This document shows, piece by piece, positions 1 through 13,263 of a stretch of 64,000 nt of DNA; position 1 is the stretch's first letter; each line of letters opens with the position of its first letter. This DNA comes from Podarcis muralis (lineage: Eukaryota). Where the stretch lies: assembly GCF_964188315.1 (NCBI RefSeq), contig NC_135660.1, forward strand, positions 56,234,001 through 56,298,000. The letters run 5' to 3'. The notes under the pieces were generated by a model that searched no databases, was not told the origin of the DNA, and saw only the letters and a program-made list of their open reading frames with translations. The translations under genes were made by a program, and so were the position numbers.

Positions 1-1290
1 TCTCCCTGCCTTCTGCAGTCTGACCACCAGTCACAACTGCATGGAGCTCTTTATATTTACCACCCAGGCACTGAGCCCAACTAGCATCAACAATGCTACA
101 GTTTCAGGTGCTCCCAAAACACAGATTGTAGTGTAACATCCCCTTGTTTCTAAGGGGAGGAAAAACAAAGGACCCCTAGAAAAATGGAGAGCCAAGTGGA
201 ACAGACACCTCTTTATTCCCAGAGGAGATGAGTGACCAGGTCCTTTAAATGGGACAAAGGCTATATTCTAACCCCAAATATCATGAAACACAACATCTAA
301 AACACCATCAACACCAATCAGACAGCAATCTGATTTCACACAACTCTGTGAAGAACTGAAGCCCAGTGGCTTTGAGGTATTATTTGATTCAAAATGCACC
401 ACATTATTTCCCTATTATTTTACTTGAGGAATTTTTGTTGGGCCTGCCGCATGGGATGCTGTTTCTGAAGCAGAGAAGAGTTTCATAAACAGTTTTTGAG
501 GTAGCATGAGGGTTTGCTGTTGCAAGGAAAGGGAAAAACACCAACAACAGCAACAGCGAGAATCCTGCGGGGGAGGGGGGGTTATAAGCCAGAGCTTACC
601 TCAATACCTCTTTGGGCCTCAGCTTGAGGCATGCATTGTACTTTTTAGATGTGGCCCACAAACTGCGATGAGTACCGACATTCAGAGCACACTTCTCAAC
701 ATGCACACAAACAGCTGGGGCTCTGTGTGATATAGGCCAGTAACTTCAAACAGTAAAAGCCACTTTTGAAAGTGCTGCCCTGAGGGATGCTTTTCTGACA
801 AAGAAACTTAGCGTTATCTTACTAGTTTTTCTCTCTCTTAAAGACTCAGGGCCACAGTTCAGTTACAACACATGCTATTGACTTCTCTGCAACTCTATCT
901 AAGTACTCGAATACGTCATTAATTGCTTTAGAATTACCTCCCTGTTAAGCCTGGGACTTCCTAAATTTTTATAGAAGAGTGATTTAAGATTACTCCCTCT
1001 GATAAAACACTGGATTGTTTAAAATCACTCTCTTTGATTTTCCTGTGCTAAAGTAAAAAAAAAAAAAAGAGTATTTATAGAACGTAATCCATGAACGGTT
1101 TAAGTTAACAGGGAAGTTATAAATACATAACAAGCTATGTCATGCAATCCTACAAGTCATCAAAATATTAAGAGAAATACTAACTGAATTTCCTGTTCTA
1201 TTAAAACAAATTGCTACATTTATCTGTAAATACGTAAGCCTCTTATGCTTCCCTTATTGTTTTAAAGTACAGAGAAGTGATACCTCAGAC

Positions 1291-1411
1291 CAGGGCAGGG
1301 GAACCTGTGGCCTTCCAAGTATCATTGGAGTCCAACTACCATATCTAATGGTCAGGAATGGTGAGAGCTCTAGTCCAACAGCATTTGGAGGGACCAAGTT
1401 CTCTACTTGTG
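1291..1411. mobile_element. Old hAT MITE; related degenerate copies near 47785-47910 and 56104-56236
   Basis: CAGGGCAGGGGAACCTGTGG...TTTGGAGGGACCAAGTTCTCTACTTGTG; shared CCTCCAGATG/ATCTGGAGGGCC inverted core in the related copies. Confidence 0.6.
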
Positions 1412-1616
1412 CATTAGATAGATATTAAAGATGTTCTTAGAGTCACTGTGAAAATGCCCGGTAACTCGCAACTGCTGCCTCCTGAGTTGTTTTCGCAACT
1501 CTCCAGGATGCAAGCCTGAGCAGTGGGTATGGAAATTCTGGGCTGCCCCATGAATTAAAGGCTAAAACGGAGATCCTTGGCTTGCAGCATTTGAGACAGC
1601 ACCCCAGCATCTAACT

Positions 1617-1706
1617 CATAGCTGTCAACGTTTCCCTTTTTTAAAGCGAAATTCCCTTATTCCAAATAGGATTCCTCGCAAGAAAAGGGAAAAGTTGACA
1701 GCTATG
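1617..1706. mobile_element. 90-bp hAT micro-MITE
   Basis: TIR CATAGCTGTCAAC/GTTGACAGCTATG; TSD ATCTAACT/ATCTAATT (7 of 8). Confidence 0.88.
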
Positions 1707-2816
1707 ATCTAATTGAGTTGGACAGAATGCCAAATGAAGACCAAATAAACACTTGTGCCCGGAAAAGGGCAACATCTAAGGTAAAGAGCAACAAAACTGA
1801 TGCCAAAGAAAAAAGAATACTGCATTTGTGCTTCTATTTAGGGTGCTATGTAATAGATATCATATTAGCTCAATATATAGCATATGGATGTTGACAGGAA
1901 AAACAATATGCTGGATCACAGAGTGGTCTTAAGTGAAATGAGTTTTAATTAACCCGTGTAACGTTTCAGGAGTACAGGATGATCCACACAAAGAACAAAT
2001 GAGAATTCAGTCTTGGATGCAGGGCTTGCTTACAATGGGTATCTGTGCGACCCCTAGACGCCCCAACTGCCTTCCAGGGCTGCCGGCCAATTTGACTGAG
2101 GGGGAGATATTTGGAAAGTGGTAGCAGGGGGTTCACAGGTGTGGAAAGTAGCAGAGTAAAATGGAGGTAAAAGGGAGCAGACAGGTGCTTATGGCACTGA
2201 AATGCATTGGAGTGGCTTTTGAGAAGTTATGGCTTGAGGATTTAAGGAGAAATTTAACCCAGCTCTTGCCTTGTGCATTTAGTATACCTGAAGAAGCCTC
2301 TCCAGCCACATTGTTCAGCCCAGACACTGAGGTCCAGTTCTGAGGGCCTTCTGACCAGGGCCATCTTAAGCATATCCGGCGCTGTGGTGCAAAGATCCCC
2401 CCCCCCCCCGTTTCCCAGAGTTGTCGACCTTTTTTAGGAAAGGTTTCCCAGAGTTGTTGACCCTTTTTGGGAGCTGACACCACACTTACATATTATCTCT
2501 AACCAGCCCTTAAAACAAAATAAAATGAAAAGGCAGAAGAAAATCTAATGAAGTCCTCAATTCCAAAGCAAGACTCGCTCAAGACTCAGCAGTTCTTCTA
2601 ATTCATCCTCATGATTCAAATCACCACATATCAAAAAGTTAAAGCAATCACCAGTTTGTTGTTCTTTAAATAAATTAATAAAGACACAGACAATGAAGTT
2701 CCCGGCCAATTTGTGTTTAAGTACAAAGCCGACATTTTCGAATATTGTGGGTGGTGGGTGGGTGTAAAGCAGTGACATTTTGAACCTAAAAAGGACCCGA
2801 AACTTGGGTCAAAAAG

Positions 2817-2902
2817 GCTGCAGCCCTAACTGCACTTACCTGAGAGTAAGCCCTGCTGAATCAAATAGGACCTTACTTCTGAGTAGACAGTAGGACTGCA
2901 GC
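2817..2902. mobile_element. Ancient short palindromic MITE-like repeat; relatives near 17100-17180 and 37235-37270
   Basis: Ends GCTGCAGCCCTA/TAGGACTGCAGC with internal AGTAAG/CTTACT arms. Confidence 0.55.
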
Positions 2903-3407
2903 AAGAAACACAGTTGGGAATTAGGGCTTTCTGTTTTAAGTCTCAACCAGAGGAAAATGTAATACTGGAGATTAGGGAGTAAGGAATATGAATAGATTGG
3001 GGGGAGGGGGCTGACAAGAGACCAAAAACCACAGGTAGCAAGACAAGACACACTTTCTGGGGAGCAAGTCTCACACACAGTTGCTTGGGCCGAGGACTGC
3101 AGAGGGACCACAGTTGGGTTGTGCGTGTGTTTTTCAGAAAAAAGTAGAATTGGAAGGGACCCTGCGGGTCATCTAGCCCAACCCCCTGCAATGCTTTTTA
3201 GCTAGAATTGATCTAAAAAACCTTCAGTGCCTTTTTTTTAGTTGGATAGGCAATTAACAGGCTTGTTTTAGGCAATTAACAGGCTTGTTTCACAAATAAG
3301 GGAGAAGGAGGGTTGCTGGCTTGGTTTGCCTTTGTTCTAGTTTTTAGCATGTGCTTAGTACCCTAGTTTCAGGCTGTGAGCCACCCTGATATCTATGGGT
3401 GGAGGGC

Positions 3408-3446
<39 letters not shown>
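3408..3446. repeat. (AGT)13 microsatellite
   Basis: Seen directly. Confidence 0.95.
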
Positions 3447-3642
3447 TATGGTGATTATATTTTTCGCAAGGCTTGGAGTGGGTGATGGCCAGCTGCTGCA
3501 ATGAATGGGGTCGCTGCTAAATGGTCTGGCTTGCTTTACAACCCCTAGAGACCTTGTTGGTAGGGATGGGGTGGGCGGAGAAGGAGCCCACTCCCGAAGA
3601 AGAAGACGAAGAAGAGGAAGAGCGAAGGGAGGCTTCCCTTCC

Positions 3643-3823
3643 CCCGCGTCTGCGCATGTGCGGATTGCGATTCGCCGCTTCTGCGTACGTGTGTGGCATC
3701 ATTTTGGGCATCTGCGCATGCGGCAAAACCTGGAAGTAACCCTTTCCGGTACTTCCGGGTCGCCGCGGGACGCAACCTGAAAAGATTTAACCTGAAGCAA
3801 ACGTAACAAGAGAGATATGACTG
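3643..3823. mobile_element. Partial CpG-rich Tc1/mariner-type MITE (one end only)
   Basis: GCGCATG/CCGGAAGT-rich interior ending GAGATATGACTG, resembling a GAGGTATGACTG-TA terminus; other end not found. Confidence 0.5.
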
Positions 3824-5843
3824 TGATGCATCTTCCAGCCTTGTATCCAGATGGAAGTACAACTGTGTCACAGTATGCATGGCCGAGTGCTGAGATGATT
3901 TGGATAAGTGAAAGAAGCTTGCCCTAAGCAGATAACCAGGATAAAAGGGGGGGGGTGTCACATAAAACTGTAAGGCTTACAATCCAGAGCTGAATGGCTA
4001 TGCTTTGTCCTGACTAACCTTTCTTCCTAGTTGAATAAAGCGCTCCGACTGTACTTTGACTCTGGTGCACAGTCTCCAGGATTGAGAATATCACTTAATG
4101 ACAGCCTCGCCTTGTTACTGTCAAAGGCAGAATGGGGAAGCAAATCAGAGGATAATTGAAGCTAGATTCCCTACCAGGACAATGGCTTCAGACTGCGGCT
4201 GCCAGTTTATACACTGTGTATCACTTCCCATGTTCCCCAATAATTTGTAATCAGAGCTTAGTTCCTTAGGAAAGCAGGAAACATTTACTAGCAACAATAC
4301 AGTTAGGGTCGGTGCCTGCTTCTTGAAACCATAAAATGCCAAGCACCAAAGGCAGTTATCTCAAATTTTATTGCCCAATTAAATAAGTGATTTTAAGCAA
4401 GGCAAGAGAAATATAACCTTCTTTCCTATAGCAGGTTTGAGAGCGCTGATGACCTAAGCTTTTTAAACAATGCCAAGCCCCTGCATTGATTTTTTTTTAA
4501 AAAAGACTAAGGATAAACATTAGTGGGAAATGTGACTAAAATATTTAAGAAAGATTTCTCCCTCTTACTTTCCAGCTTAGAGCAACTGGATGAAGTCAAT
4601 TACTTCAACTTGACAGAAACAAAACTTTGGAACGGGAGCAATAGGAGAACAGGATGTGCCAGTAATTGCTTTTCAGTACAGAGCATGAACTGATTGCAGC
4701 CCCCAAAACCATGCAACACAACGTTAAGACCCCCAGCCCTAACAGTATGATTAAAATAGCTGACCTCTTGCCACACCTTCCCTGCAAACACAGATATACA
4801 AGCTCTAGTTATACCAATCTTTAAAAAATATAAATGATAGTTTGAAGGCTTTCATGCCTGTAAATACTGTATCAAAACCCAGGGGATAGAATTGGGGGGG
4901 GGGGGGGGAGCAAATGAATAGGTTCAAATGATATATGAAGTGCACCATGGTTGCTCCTGTAGCAAATGCTTCATTGATAACACAAAGGACCAAAAACAAA
5001 TTACTTCATCTTCTAAGTAGAAATGCTTAAATCAGGCAGCAATTTAAAAAGGTAGGAAGCCACTCTTTCTTCTATCACCTTTGTTTATATTGTGAAACCA
5101 TGCATCTTGCTTCTGCAACCATCATCTTAGACCACATTTGTCTGGGACATGAATCAAAGAAAGTGCAGCATTTTAGAAAGTAAAACAATGAGAGATGATA
5201 AACTACATGTTTTTGTATGTTCAGAAAGCAAATCAGAGAAAGGGCCAGAGGAATAAAAGCCTACCATTCTATTCAACGGGAACTAAGTGCCAATAAAGAA
5301 GGGTGTGTACAATAGGAAGGAAAACGAATCCAATTTTCTGACCAGAATATCAACAAGGTGCCCCAGAACTCTTTTCAAAATTAAGATTGTCTGTTTTCTC
5401 TTTCCAAAGCTTTCAAATATCAAGCCAGTTGTCAGAAGCATTGTTCAATAAATATTTTCTGGCTTTTTCAGCTCTCTGTGGAGTTTAGCCAATGTTTCAG
5501 TGGAGAGCTTTTAAGGAAAGGAGGGGGGGGGAGGGCTTTCTATGTACACTGAGATCTCAAAACTACTCCATCCCACTCACAAGCTGCACAGCTTGTTGCA
5601 CCCAGCTCAATGTATAAAGTGCTTTTGTTGCATTTTTTAAAAATACACAAAGCCTGCTTGTCCTCTTTTGCAGCTCCTCCCCATTGCCACCCACTTGTAT
5701 CCGATTCCAATGGCACCCCTGCCAAGAGAATTAGGGAGGACTCCCTGGTAAATGGCAGCCTTTGTGTGGCTGCAAGACGGCTGGTACTATCTCACCGAAA
5801 CAAAAGCAGAAGAAGCCATTTGCCTAATTCTTATTAATCTCAC

Positions 5844-6500
5844 TTGCCTACGCCACACAGCTTCATCTTCGTCGCCGCCGTCTTCTTTTTAAAAAAACGA
5901 AAAGGATTTAAACATCTTCTCCAGCAGTATATAAAAAGTGCATCAAGAAGCAAGCCAAGTGTTGCCTTGAATTACTCGCTTGTAACAAAAGTCGCTGCAG
6001 TTCTTAAAAGTCAATGGCACACTTTATTAAACAAACAGGAAAGAAAAACAGGAAATTTCCCCTTGCCTTGAAAACGCTGCCTCCACATTCTTCGTCTTAT
6101 TAAAAAATGCACATGGTAGAGAGGAGGAGGAGGAGGAGTAGAAGGAGGAGAAATAAAAGCATAAGAGAGGGAAAGGGAGGGGGAGAAAAAGTATAAGATA
6201 CTACACTACTGTTCGGTGTGCTGACTCTCCTCTCGCCTACAAGGGGGTATCTTCAAACAAGCATCCCCACAGCCCACAGCTGCAAAGTCTCGAGACAAAT
6301 GTCTCTTTGAACACGGGAAGCAAAAGAAAAGGCTTTTGTCCTGCTACAGAAGAATAGTCTGAAATTGCTAGAGGAGTTATAGTCACCTCTCTACGGCTCC
6401 CAACTCTTTCGAACACTCCCTCCAGACCTTGCTGCCGCTTTTAACTAATCAAAGTTTGTCGTCCCCCCTCCCAACTCCCCCGGCAGGCCTTGAATGAAAT
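5844..6500 (-). promoter_or_regulatory. Candidate internal promoter / alternative non-coding first exon of CTBP2
   Basis: Repeat-free, CpG-retaining block ending in a minus-strand donor GGCAA|GTGAGA at 5843 (second candidate TCG|GTGAGA near 5795); purine tract at 6120-6190; no transcript evidence available. Confidence 0.35.
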
Positions 6501-7851
6501 TATGTGTGCGCCAGTCAAAATAATAACAGTAAGTAAACTTTACACTGTGCACTCTGAATTGTTTGTACATGTCACCCTCTCCCTTCCCCCAAATAACTGA
6601 CTTGTACATTTGCCTCACTTTCCTAGTTATCTCAAAAACGTATTTAATCTGTGCCACACCCTGTTATTTCACAACTTAAAGTGAAACGTGATCTGTTAAT
6701 GTAGGCTATGTATTTGGGTGTATGCCTTTGGCTGCAGCAGAAACAGCAGCCACCAACAGGAGTTTAGATAGATGCCCCCCACCCTTCAGGCCACACACAA
6801 AGGCTTTGCCAGACACCTGCTGCCACTCATGTGACATATTTTGTAAGTAACCACACAGATGCTCAAGTTAGCAGGACAAACATGCAAGCTAAGTATCTAG
6901 GAACAGGGATTGGGTCTAGTACTGCGACATCAGTATCTGTCTGCTGGGAACTGAGCTATAAGGGGAATCAACAGTGTCCAAAACATTTTCACAGTTTTAA
7001 AAAGTAAGTTGTGGAGAGTTGTTGAGGAAACCAGAAGGCTTTATTCAGATGGCTGTAAGTTAAGAGGCTAAACCTGAAGGGCAGGAAGAAATCTGGGGGA
7101 GAAAAATACTACACTGCATGGGATCTTGCACAATGATATCCAAACACTCTCTTAATAAGAATTAAGCAAAACATACTCATAATTTTTAAAAGGTATTATG
7201 GAATTCATAGAGGTGAGAAGAAACGGTTAAAAATAATGGGAAAGGTTTATGCTGCACAAAACTTAGTGACTAACCCAGAGGTTTGAAAGTAGTTCTGATA
7301 CCTCCACAAAAAGACAGTCAGTGGTCTTGGATGAAGAATCTGTCTTACACAAGAAGCCACTTTCATGTAAGGCATGAGAAAAGCCACATGTGAAATGGAA
7401 TGGGCAGGTGCTGAGAGTCCTCTCTTACTTGAACAAGACTAGAAGGGGAAATTACAAAGGCTGCAAAAAACCTGTGCAGACCACATGTCTGCAAAATTTG
7501 AAACACTTCGCCCCAAGTATGTAATATAAGAATAATGTTGGGGTGGGGAGAGGAAGAGCTCTTTTGTGACTAATCAGAGGGAATGATTTTGCCAAGACTT
7601 TGGGGAAAGGATGTTGAGGTACTGTGTCACTTTGCTACTTCTGTTTCTAGAAAATGCTGGACATCCTCATCATTCTGCCTCAGTGCCCCATGCCCACATA
7701 TCCATTCCTGTGGAATCAGCTTTGCACTTTGTTCTTGCAACATTTGGCGCCAAACGAAAAGAACACAAGCCTGAAGCTGTGTCCCCCCCCCCACAAACAT
7801 TCATCCCCCCCCCCGCCATACCTGCACTTTACCTTCCTAGAGGTAATGCAT

Positions 7852-7889
7852 GCTGGGGAAGCCCAGCCAGATGGGCGGGGTATAAAAAA

Positions 7890-7937
<48 letters not shown>
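7852..7937 (+). repeat. Very short LINE 3' end with (ATT)n tail (7890-7937)
   Basis: GCTGGGGAAGCCCAGCCAGATGGGCGGGGTATAAAAAA followed by about 16 ATT units. Confidence 0.7.
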
Positions 7938-9617
7938 TTCATAACAAAATTGCTGTCCACAAAACCACAAGGAGAGAAGCAAATCCCTTTTAGTTCACCC
8001 CCAATAAGAACTTAAAGGAGCCTAGTATCAAAATCCCTGCCCATTTGTCTACAATTAGGCAGGTTTTTTATCTGGGGGTACTTCTCTCATGTATGCTATT
8101 TTCAAACAAAACACCATAAAACAATAGGGAAGATTAAGTGAATCTTAAAAAGAAAAGAAAAATCCCCAAACTGTAAAGGCAGTTTGAAGCTAAATCAGAC
8201 AGTCTCCAAAGTGCTTCAGACAAAAATCTTGCTCTTTTTTGAACTGATCTTGTAGTCAATGGATTATCAGTCTGCTGATGACACTCAGTTCATGGAGGGA
8301 CCATAACTCCATGTGCTTTACAGGAAGATAGGCCCATGCTCAATCCTGGGGTCTCTAGTTAAAAGGATCGGGAAACAAACAATGGGGAATGCCTTTCTGC
8401 CTGGGACCCTGGATGAATGCTACTAGCTGGAGAAGACACCACCAGGCTAATTGGTCAAATAGTCTGGTAAAAGGCAGCTTCATATGTCCTCTCTTTATTC
8501 TTTTGGGGGAGGGGCTGTGGCTTGGAGGAAAAGTGCATTGTTTTCATGCAAAAGCTTGTACCTGGCATTTCCAGTAGCACTGGAAAAGGCTCCTGTTCAA
8601 AGCCCTGGAGAGGTGTTGCTTCCAGAGTAGTAGATTCTGTGCTAACTAAGTATCAGGCATCTTTTTATGTTCCTGCTTCTACTTCTCATCAAATTCAAGT
8701 AAAGCTGTAGAGATGCTGACCCTGTGTCTGGAATCAGTAATATGCTGAACTAAGACCAAAAAACTGTATCAGGGTCAGTACTGAGAAGCTTGAGTCAAAT
8801 TGCTGGAGCAATAGAAATACTTCATAATTGTATACAATGTTATTTTTCTAGAAAAAGAGGTACCGGAATCCACCATGAATGAGTCCCTTGTTCTCTTATA
8901 ATGGCATTGTTGCCCACCTGAGAGGAGTTCCAGTTGAAAAAAGCTCTGCTTGTATATTTATTTGTATCTGTATCTGCACTCATACAAGCTGTTATGTATA
9001 TATCAACGTCTGGAACTGTACTGCTGAAGTCATATTTTCTGCAACAGTAAACTATTTGGACCTTAAGCTGCCTCTGTGTGGTGACTGAAACTGGGGGCAA
9101 CTTTCGCTACATGGGTATCTCACCTCAGATTCCCAACATAAACTGAAGCTCAATCCAGGCAAGGTGGATATATTGTTGGTGGGTTGTTCTGACTTGAGTT
9201 ATAGTGTCCAACCTGTTCTGAACAGGTATGTACTACCTCTGCAGTTTTGATATGCTATCAGATTCAGCATTGACATTAATTGCTCAAGCACTTTATGTAC
9301 ATCAGCTTAAGCTGGAACATTGACAGTGACCCTTCTGGACAGAGATGGCCTCTTTCCACAGTGGCACAGTCTCTTGTAATATCCCTTTCAGATTACATGT
9401 CTTGCACATGGAGCTGTCACTGAAAGAAATTTGGAAACTGGATTTGGTGTAACACAGTGGCTAGATTGCCAAATGAGTTTGGGAATATGGGATATATGAC
9501 ACCAGTTTTTAAAGAGCAACACAAGTTCCCAATCCCTTCCAAGAACAATTCAACATGCAGCTTGTAACACGGGAAGTTGTACAGCTTCATCTTCCCACGT
9601 GAACCTAAATTTATATT

Positions 9618-9912
9618 ATAGAATCATAGAGTTGGAATAGACCACAAGGGCCTTCGAGTCCAACCCCCTGCCAAGCAGGAAACACCATCAGAGCACTCCT
9701 GACATATGGTTGTCAAGCCTCTGCTTAAAGACCTCCAAAGAAGGAGACTCCACCACACTCCTTGGCAGCAAATTCTACTGTCGAACAGCTCTTACTGTCA
9801 GGAAGTTCTTCCTAATGTTTAGGTGGAATCTTCTTTCTTGTAGTTTGGATCCATTGCTCCGTGTCCGCTTCTCTGGAGCAGCAGAAAACAACCTTTCTCC
9901 CTCCTCTATATG
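9618..9912 (-). mobile_element. CR1 LINE 3' fragment
   Basis: Minus strand ends GGGGGTTGGACTCGAAGGCCCTTGTGGTCTATTCCAACTCTATGATTCTAT, a CR1-type 3' terminus. Confidence 0.85.
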
Positions 9913-10234
9913 AAATAAGGTGGGTAACAACTAATGGTTATTTGGTTTTTGGTTATGGAGCCTTTTTGGTTATGGAACCATTATCCTGGAACTTTCTCCC
10001 TAGAAATGATGCTCTCCGATTTGGCACTGGGTCAAAACTTTCCTATCTGCCCCTGCCTTGTCAGGTTTTTAAAATACTTTCTGAGCTTTATTTTTAATGC
10101 AGAATTGTTATTTGTTTTGCTTTTAATGCCTTAATGGTTTTGGTATTGTTATTTTATTGGACATTGCTTTGGGATCCCTTCTGGGAAAATGAGCGGAGTA
10201 ATAAAATGTTAAAAGTAAATAAATAAACAAGCAA

Positions 10235-10236
<2 letters not shown>

Positions 10237-10281
<45 letters not shown>
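10237..10281. repeat. (AC)n microsatellite
   Basis: Seen directly. Confidence 0.95.
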
Positions 10282-10283
<2 letters not shown>

Positions 10284-12961
10284 TTCATGCACATAAACCT
10301 CTAAGGAATGCTTATTATTTATTAGCTAGGAGAGGTAAATTAACAACAACTAAGGAAATACCAAGCCATCAAACAAGCAAAGAGCAGTACAAAGAATAAT
10401 TACTAAATGCTGATTTAAATCCACAGTGGCTATAACCACGAACAATGCTGCTGATCCAGCCTCTAGTGGTGCCACATCCAACTCCCTGCTGTTCTCAACA
10501 TGAGAGAGAAGAGAAATATCAATAACTGTCTACGGAGTTGCTGATCCAGAACAATATTCACATAAACAGTTCCTAAACTCAACAAATTAATTTTTGGAAT
10601 GGGAATGCTACTACCAGAGACAGTATGATCTATTGCTGAACTAAAAAAATAAATAAATGTTTAATATATGCCAACTTAGCTATATCATTACTCACTATTT
10701 TTTAACATCAGTTTCCTTCTGTGAAATGGGAATAATGGTATATGTGCTGGATTGACATGTCAAAAAGAACATTTTGAAAGCTGAACGTTTTCATAACACT
10801 TTCAACTAGAGGAATGCAGAAATGCAGAGAAGACCACATTTTGTGCTTTCCCACCGTAGCCAAGTGACATTTCCATTTATTTCAGGCATCACAAAGAATA
10901 TGGATGATCAGCAGAGGGAACCCTTGCTAATTCCATGAACATAACAAATGAAACCCACCAAGACAAATAAAATGCATGCCACAGCTTTTAGCTGTGTAAA
11001 TATTCACCACATCTGGTTTATGGAACCAAAGTTTTATAAATTCATCTGCAGCATAGGCTAATAATGCTAGCTAGCTCACCAGTTTGTTTTAAGGATTATT
11101 GAGATAGTGCATGCAAACTGCTTTGAGCATGTAATACTAAGTGGAGCTAAGACACCAGGCAATTGATGATCAAGTATTGTGAGTAGAAGGCGTATTGTCC
11201 TCCCTGTCTGCCCTGGCACAATGAAATGAACTGCTGTTTTGGGGAGAAGAGAGTAAGGAATGCAGAGCTATACAACTGGCTGTCCAGTTGCTAGCAATCA
11301 GCTGAAAAGGGAAGGAAACAGCTACAATCTAATGCAAAAGTGGGAACCTCTGGCTCATGGGCTGGATACTGCCCACAGGTCATCTTCATGGCAGGCCCAC
11401 CAACCTCTCTCCAGTCCCTTTCTCCTCTCCTCATGCTTTGACCCTGCTTAATTCAGACTCTGGCACTGTTCACCTCAGGACCACTTCCTCCTCAAAAAGA
11501 CAGTTCCTCCCGGCTCCCCACTCTAATGATAACTGATGGGAAGGGATGACCATCCTAGAGCAATGTTCTGTGTTAGAATGGATGGAAACAGCCTTGATTG
11601 AACTTTAGCATTGGTTTGACATGAACACAACTTCTCTTGATGCAAAAAAGGGAGGCTAGAAATTAATTAATTAAATTTGAGTAACCCATTGACTATGTAT
11701 TTTTTTCTTCTGCTATCAGAAGACAGACACAGTCCACGAAACATCAGAAAGATCTTTGGAAGCTTAAGAGTTATCTGCCACAGAATTACACTCCCCCTCT
11801 TCTCCTACCCCCAATCTGCATGGCATTTATGGAAAACTTGGGAGAGATTTATTAACAAATATGTCATCCTGGACTAAAATACACCTTTCTAAGGAACTGA
11901 AGCCTCAGAGTTTGGTTCGCTTTGGACATATCCAACACTGGGATATTCCCCTCAAATTTGGGATTCCAAGGTCCTACTATTTATAAATTTCTGTCCTTTG
12001 AGTCCTATTTGATGGGCAGAATATAGGAGAGAGAAAAATGAAGGAAAATATTGGATCCAAATACTTTTAGATTTTGGGGGAATGATTTCCTCATGTTTCG
12101 TTTTCCGTCACTGGAGGAATATAATTAAACATGTATCATGCGCTACAGGTTTTAAAACTATTTCAGCATCAAATGTCATGCCATTTCTTATAATTCATTC
12201 TAGCCACTGAAGAATTGGTTTCAAGAGAAAAATCAAACATTAGGAGAAAAAATTAATTTAAAGGACCATGTCTACTTACTGCATTTCCAGAACAGAAAGC
12301 AAAACTGACAATCTGCTTGACTAGGGAAGATCACCAATACACACAGATTTAGCTTCTGATAGTCTAAAGAGGCATTCTTTGATCCTCCAGTTCCTGAGCA
12401 ATATGCACAGGTAGAAGAGAACTTTCATTTAGCAAAGCACCAGATGCTTGTGGAAACGCACCTTTTCATGAGGAGCCATTAACAAAAACATTTAACCATA
12501 AACTTGCATGTTGCTGTGTTAGAAGATGAAAAAAGACAGAGGGGAGAGAGTGAACAAAAGAAAAACCCAAGAGAAGGGTGTGTGTGTGAGATGTGAGGCT
12601 CAGGATGGCGCTGAGAGGAAAAGTTTATTCCAGGAGAATAAAAAACGCAAGGTTGAATGTGCTTCAATATAAAAATCATCAGAGGCAATTGAAAGAGAAC
12701 TCTCTTGGGAGTCTTCTTCTGGAGAACAAATTGTAGACTCAGATTTACTTTTCATTTGAGTCTTTAGAGTATGTTCTAAATGTAAACTATAGATTAAACT
12801 AAGCCTTAAAGTGAGGTCAGATTCCTGGTCTATCTGTAACAGCTAGATCATCTGGTCTGGTTGAATAGCCCTAGGATTTCAAAGTCCCATTACTCCTTTT
12901 GAAAATGAGGCTCCACTAACATAATTGGTTACAACAGAACATGGGATAGACACCGCCCTAG

Positions 12962-13263
12962 TAAGGAAATCAGCCCTGAGTGCTCACTGGAAGGACAGAT
13001 CCTGAAGCTGAGGCTCCAATACTTTGGCCACCTCATGAGAAGAGAAGACTCCCTGGGAAAGACCCTGATGTTGGGAAAGATGGAGGGCACAAGGAGAAGG
13101 GGACGACAGAGGATGAGATGGTTGGACAGTGTTCTCGAAGCTACCAGCATGAGTTTGACCAAACTGCGGGACGCAGTGGAAGGCAGAAGTGCCTGGCGTG
13201 CTCTGGTCCATGGGGTCACGAAGTGTCAGACACGACTAAACGACTAAACAACAACAACAACAA
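12962..13263 (+). mobile_element. BovB LINE 3' fragment (about 300 bp)
   Basis: Aligns by eye with 33171-33470; ends CACGACTAAACGACTAAAC(AAC)n; no TSD found. Confidence 0.93.

Noticed and set aside
3247-3290. Short perfect tandem duplications (22 bp x2 here; 17 bp x2 at 45042-45075)
   Set aside because: Ordinary slippage duplications with no further structure.
3822-4093. Possible solo LTR (TG...CA, GATAAAAGG, AATAAA)
   Set aside because: No TSD, and the TG start overlaps the end of the adjacent MITE; cannot be supported without a database.
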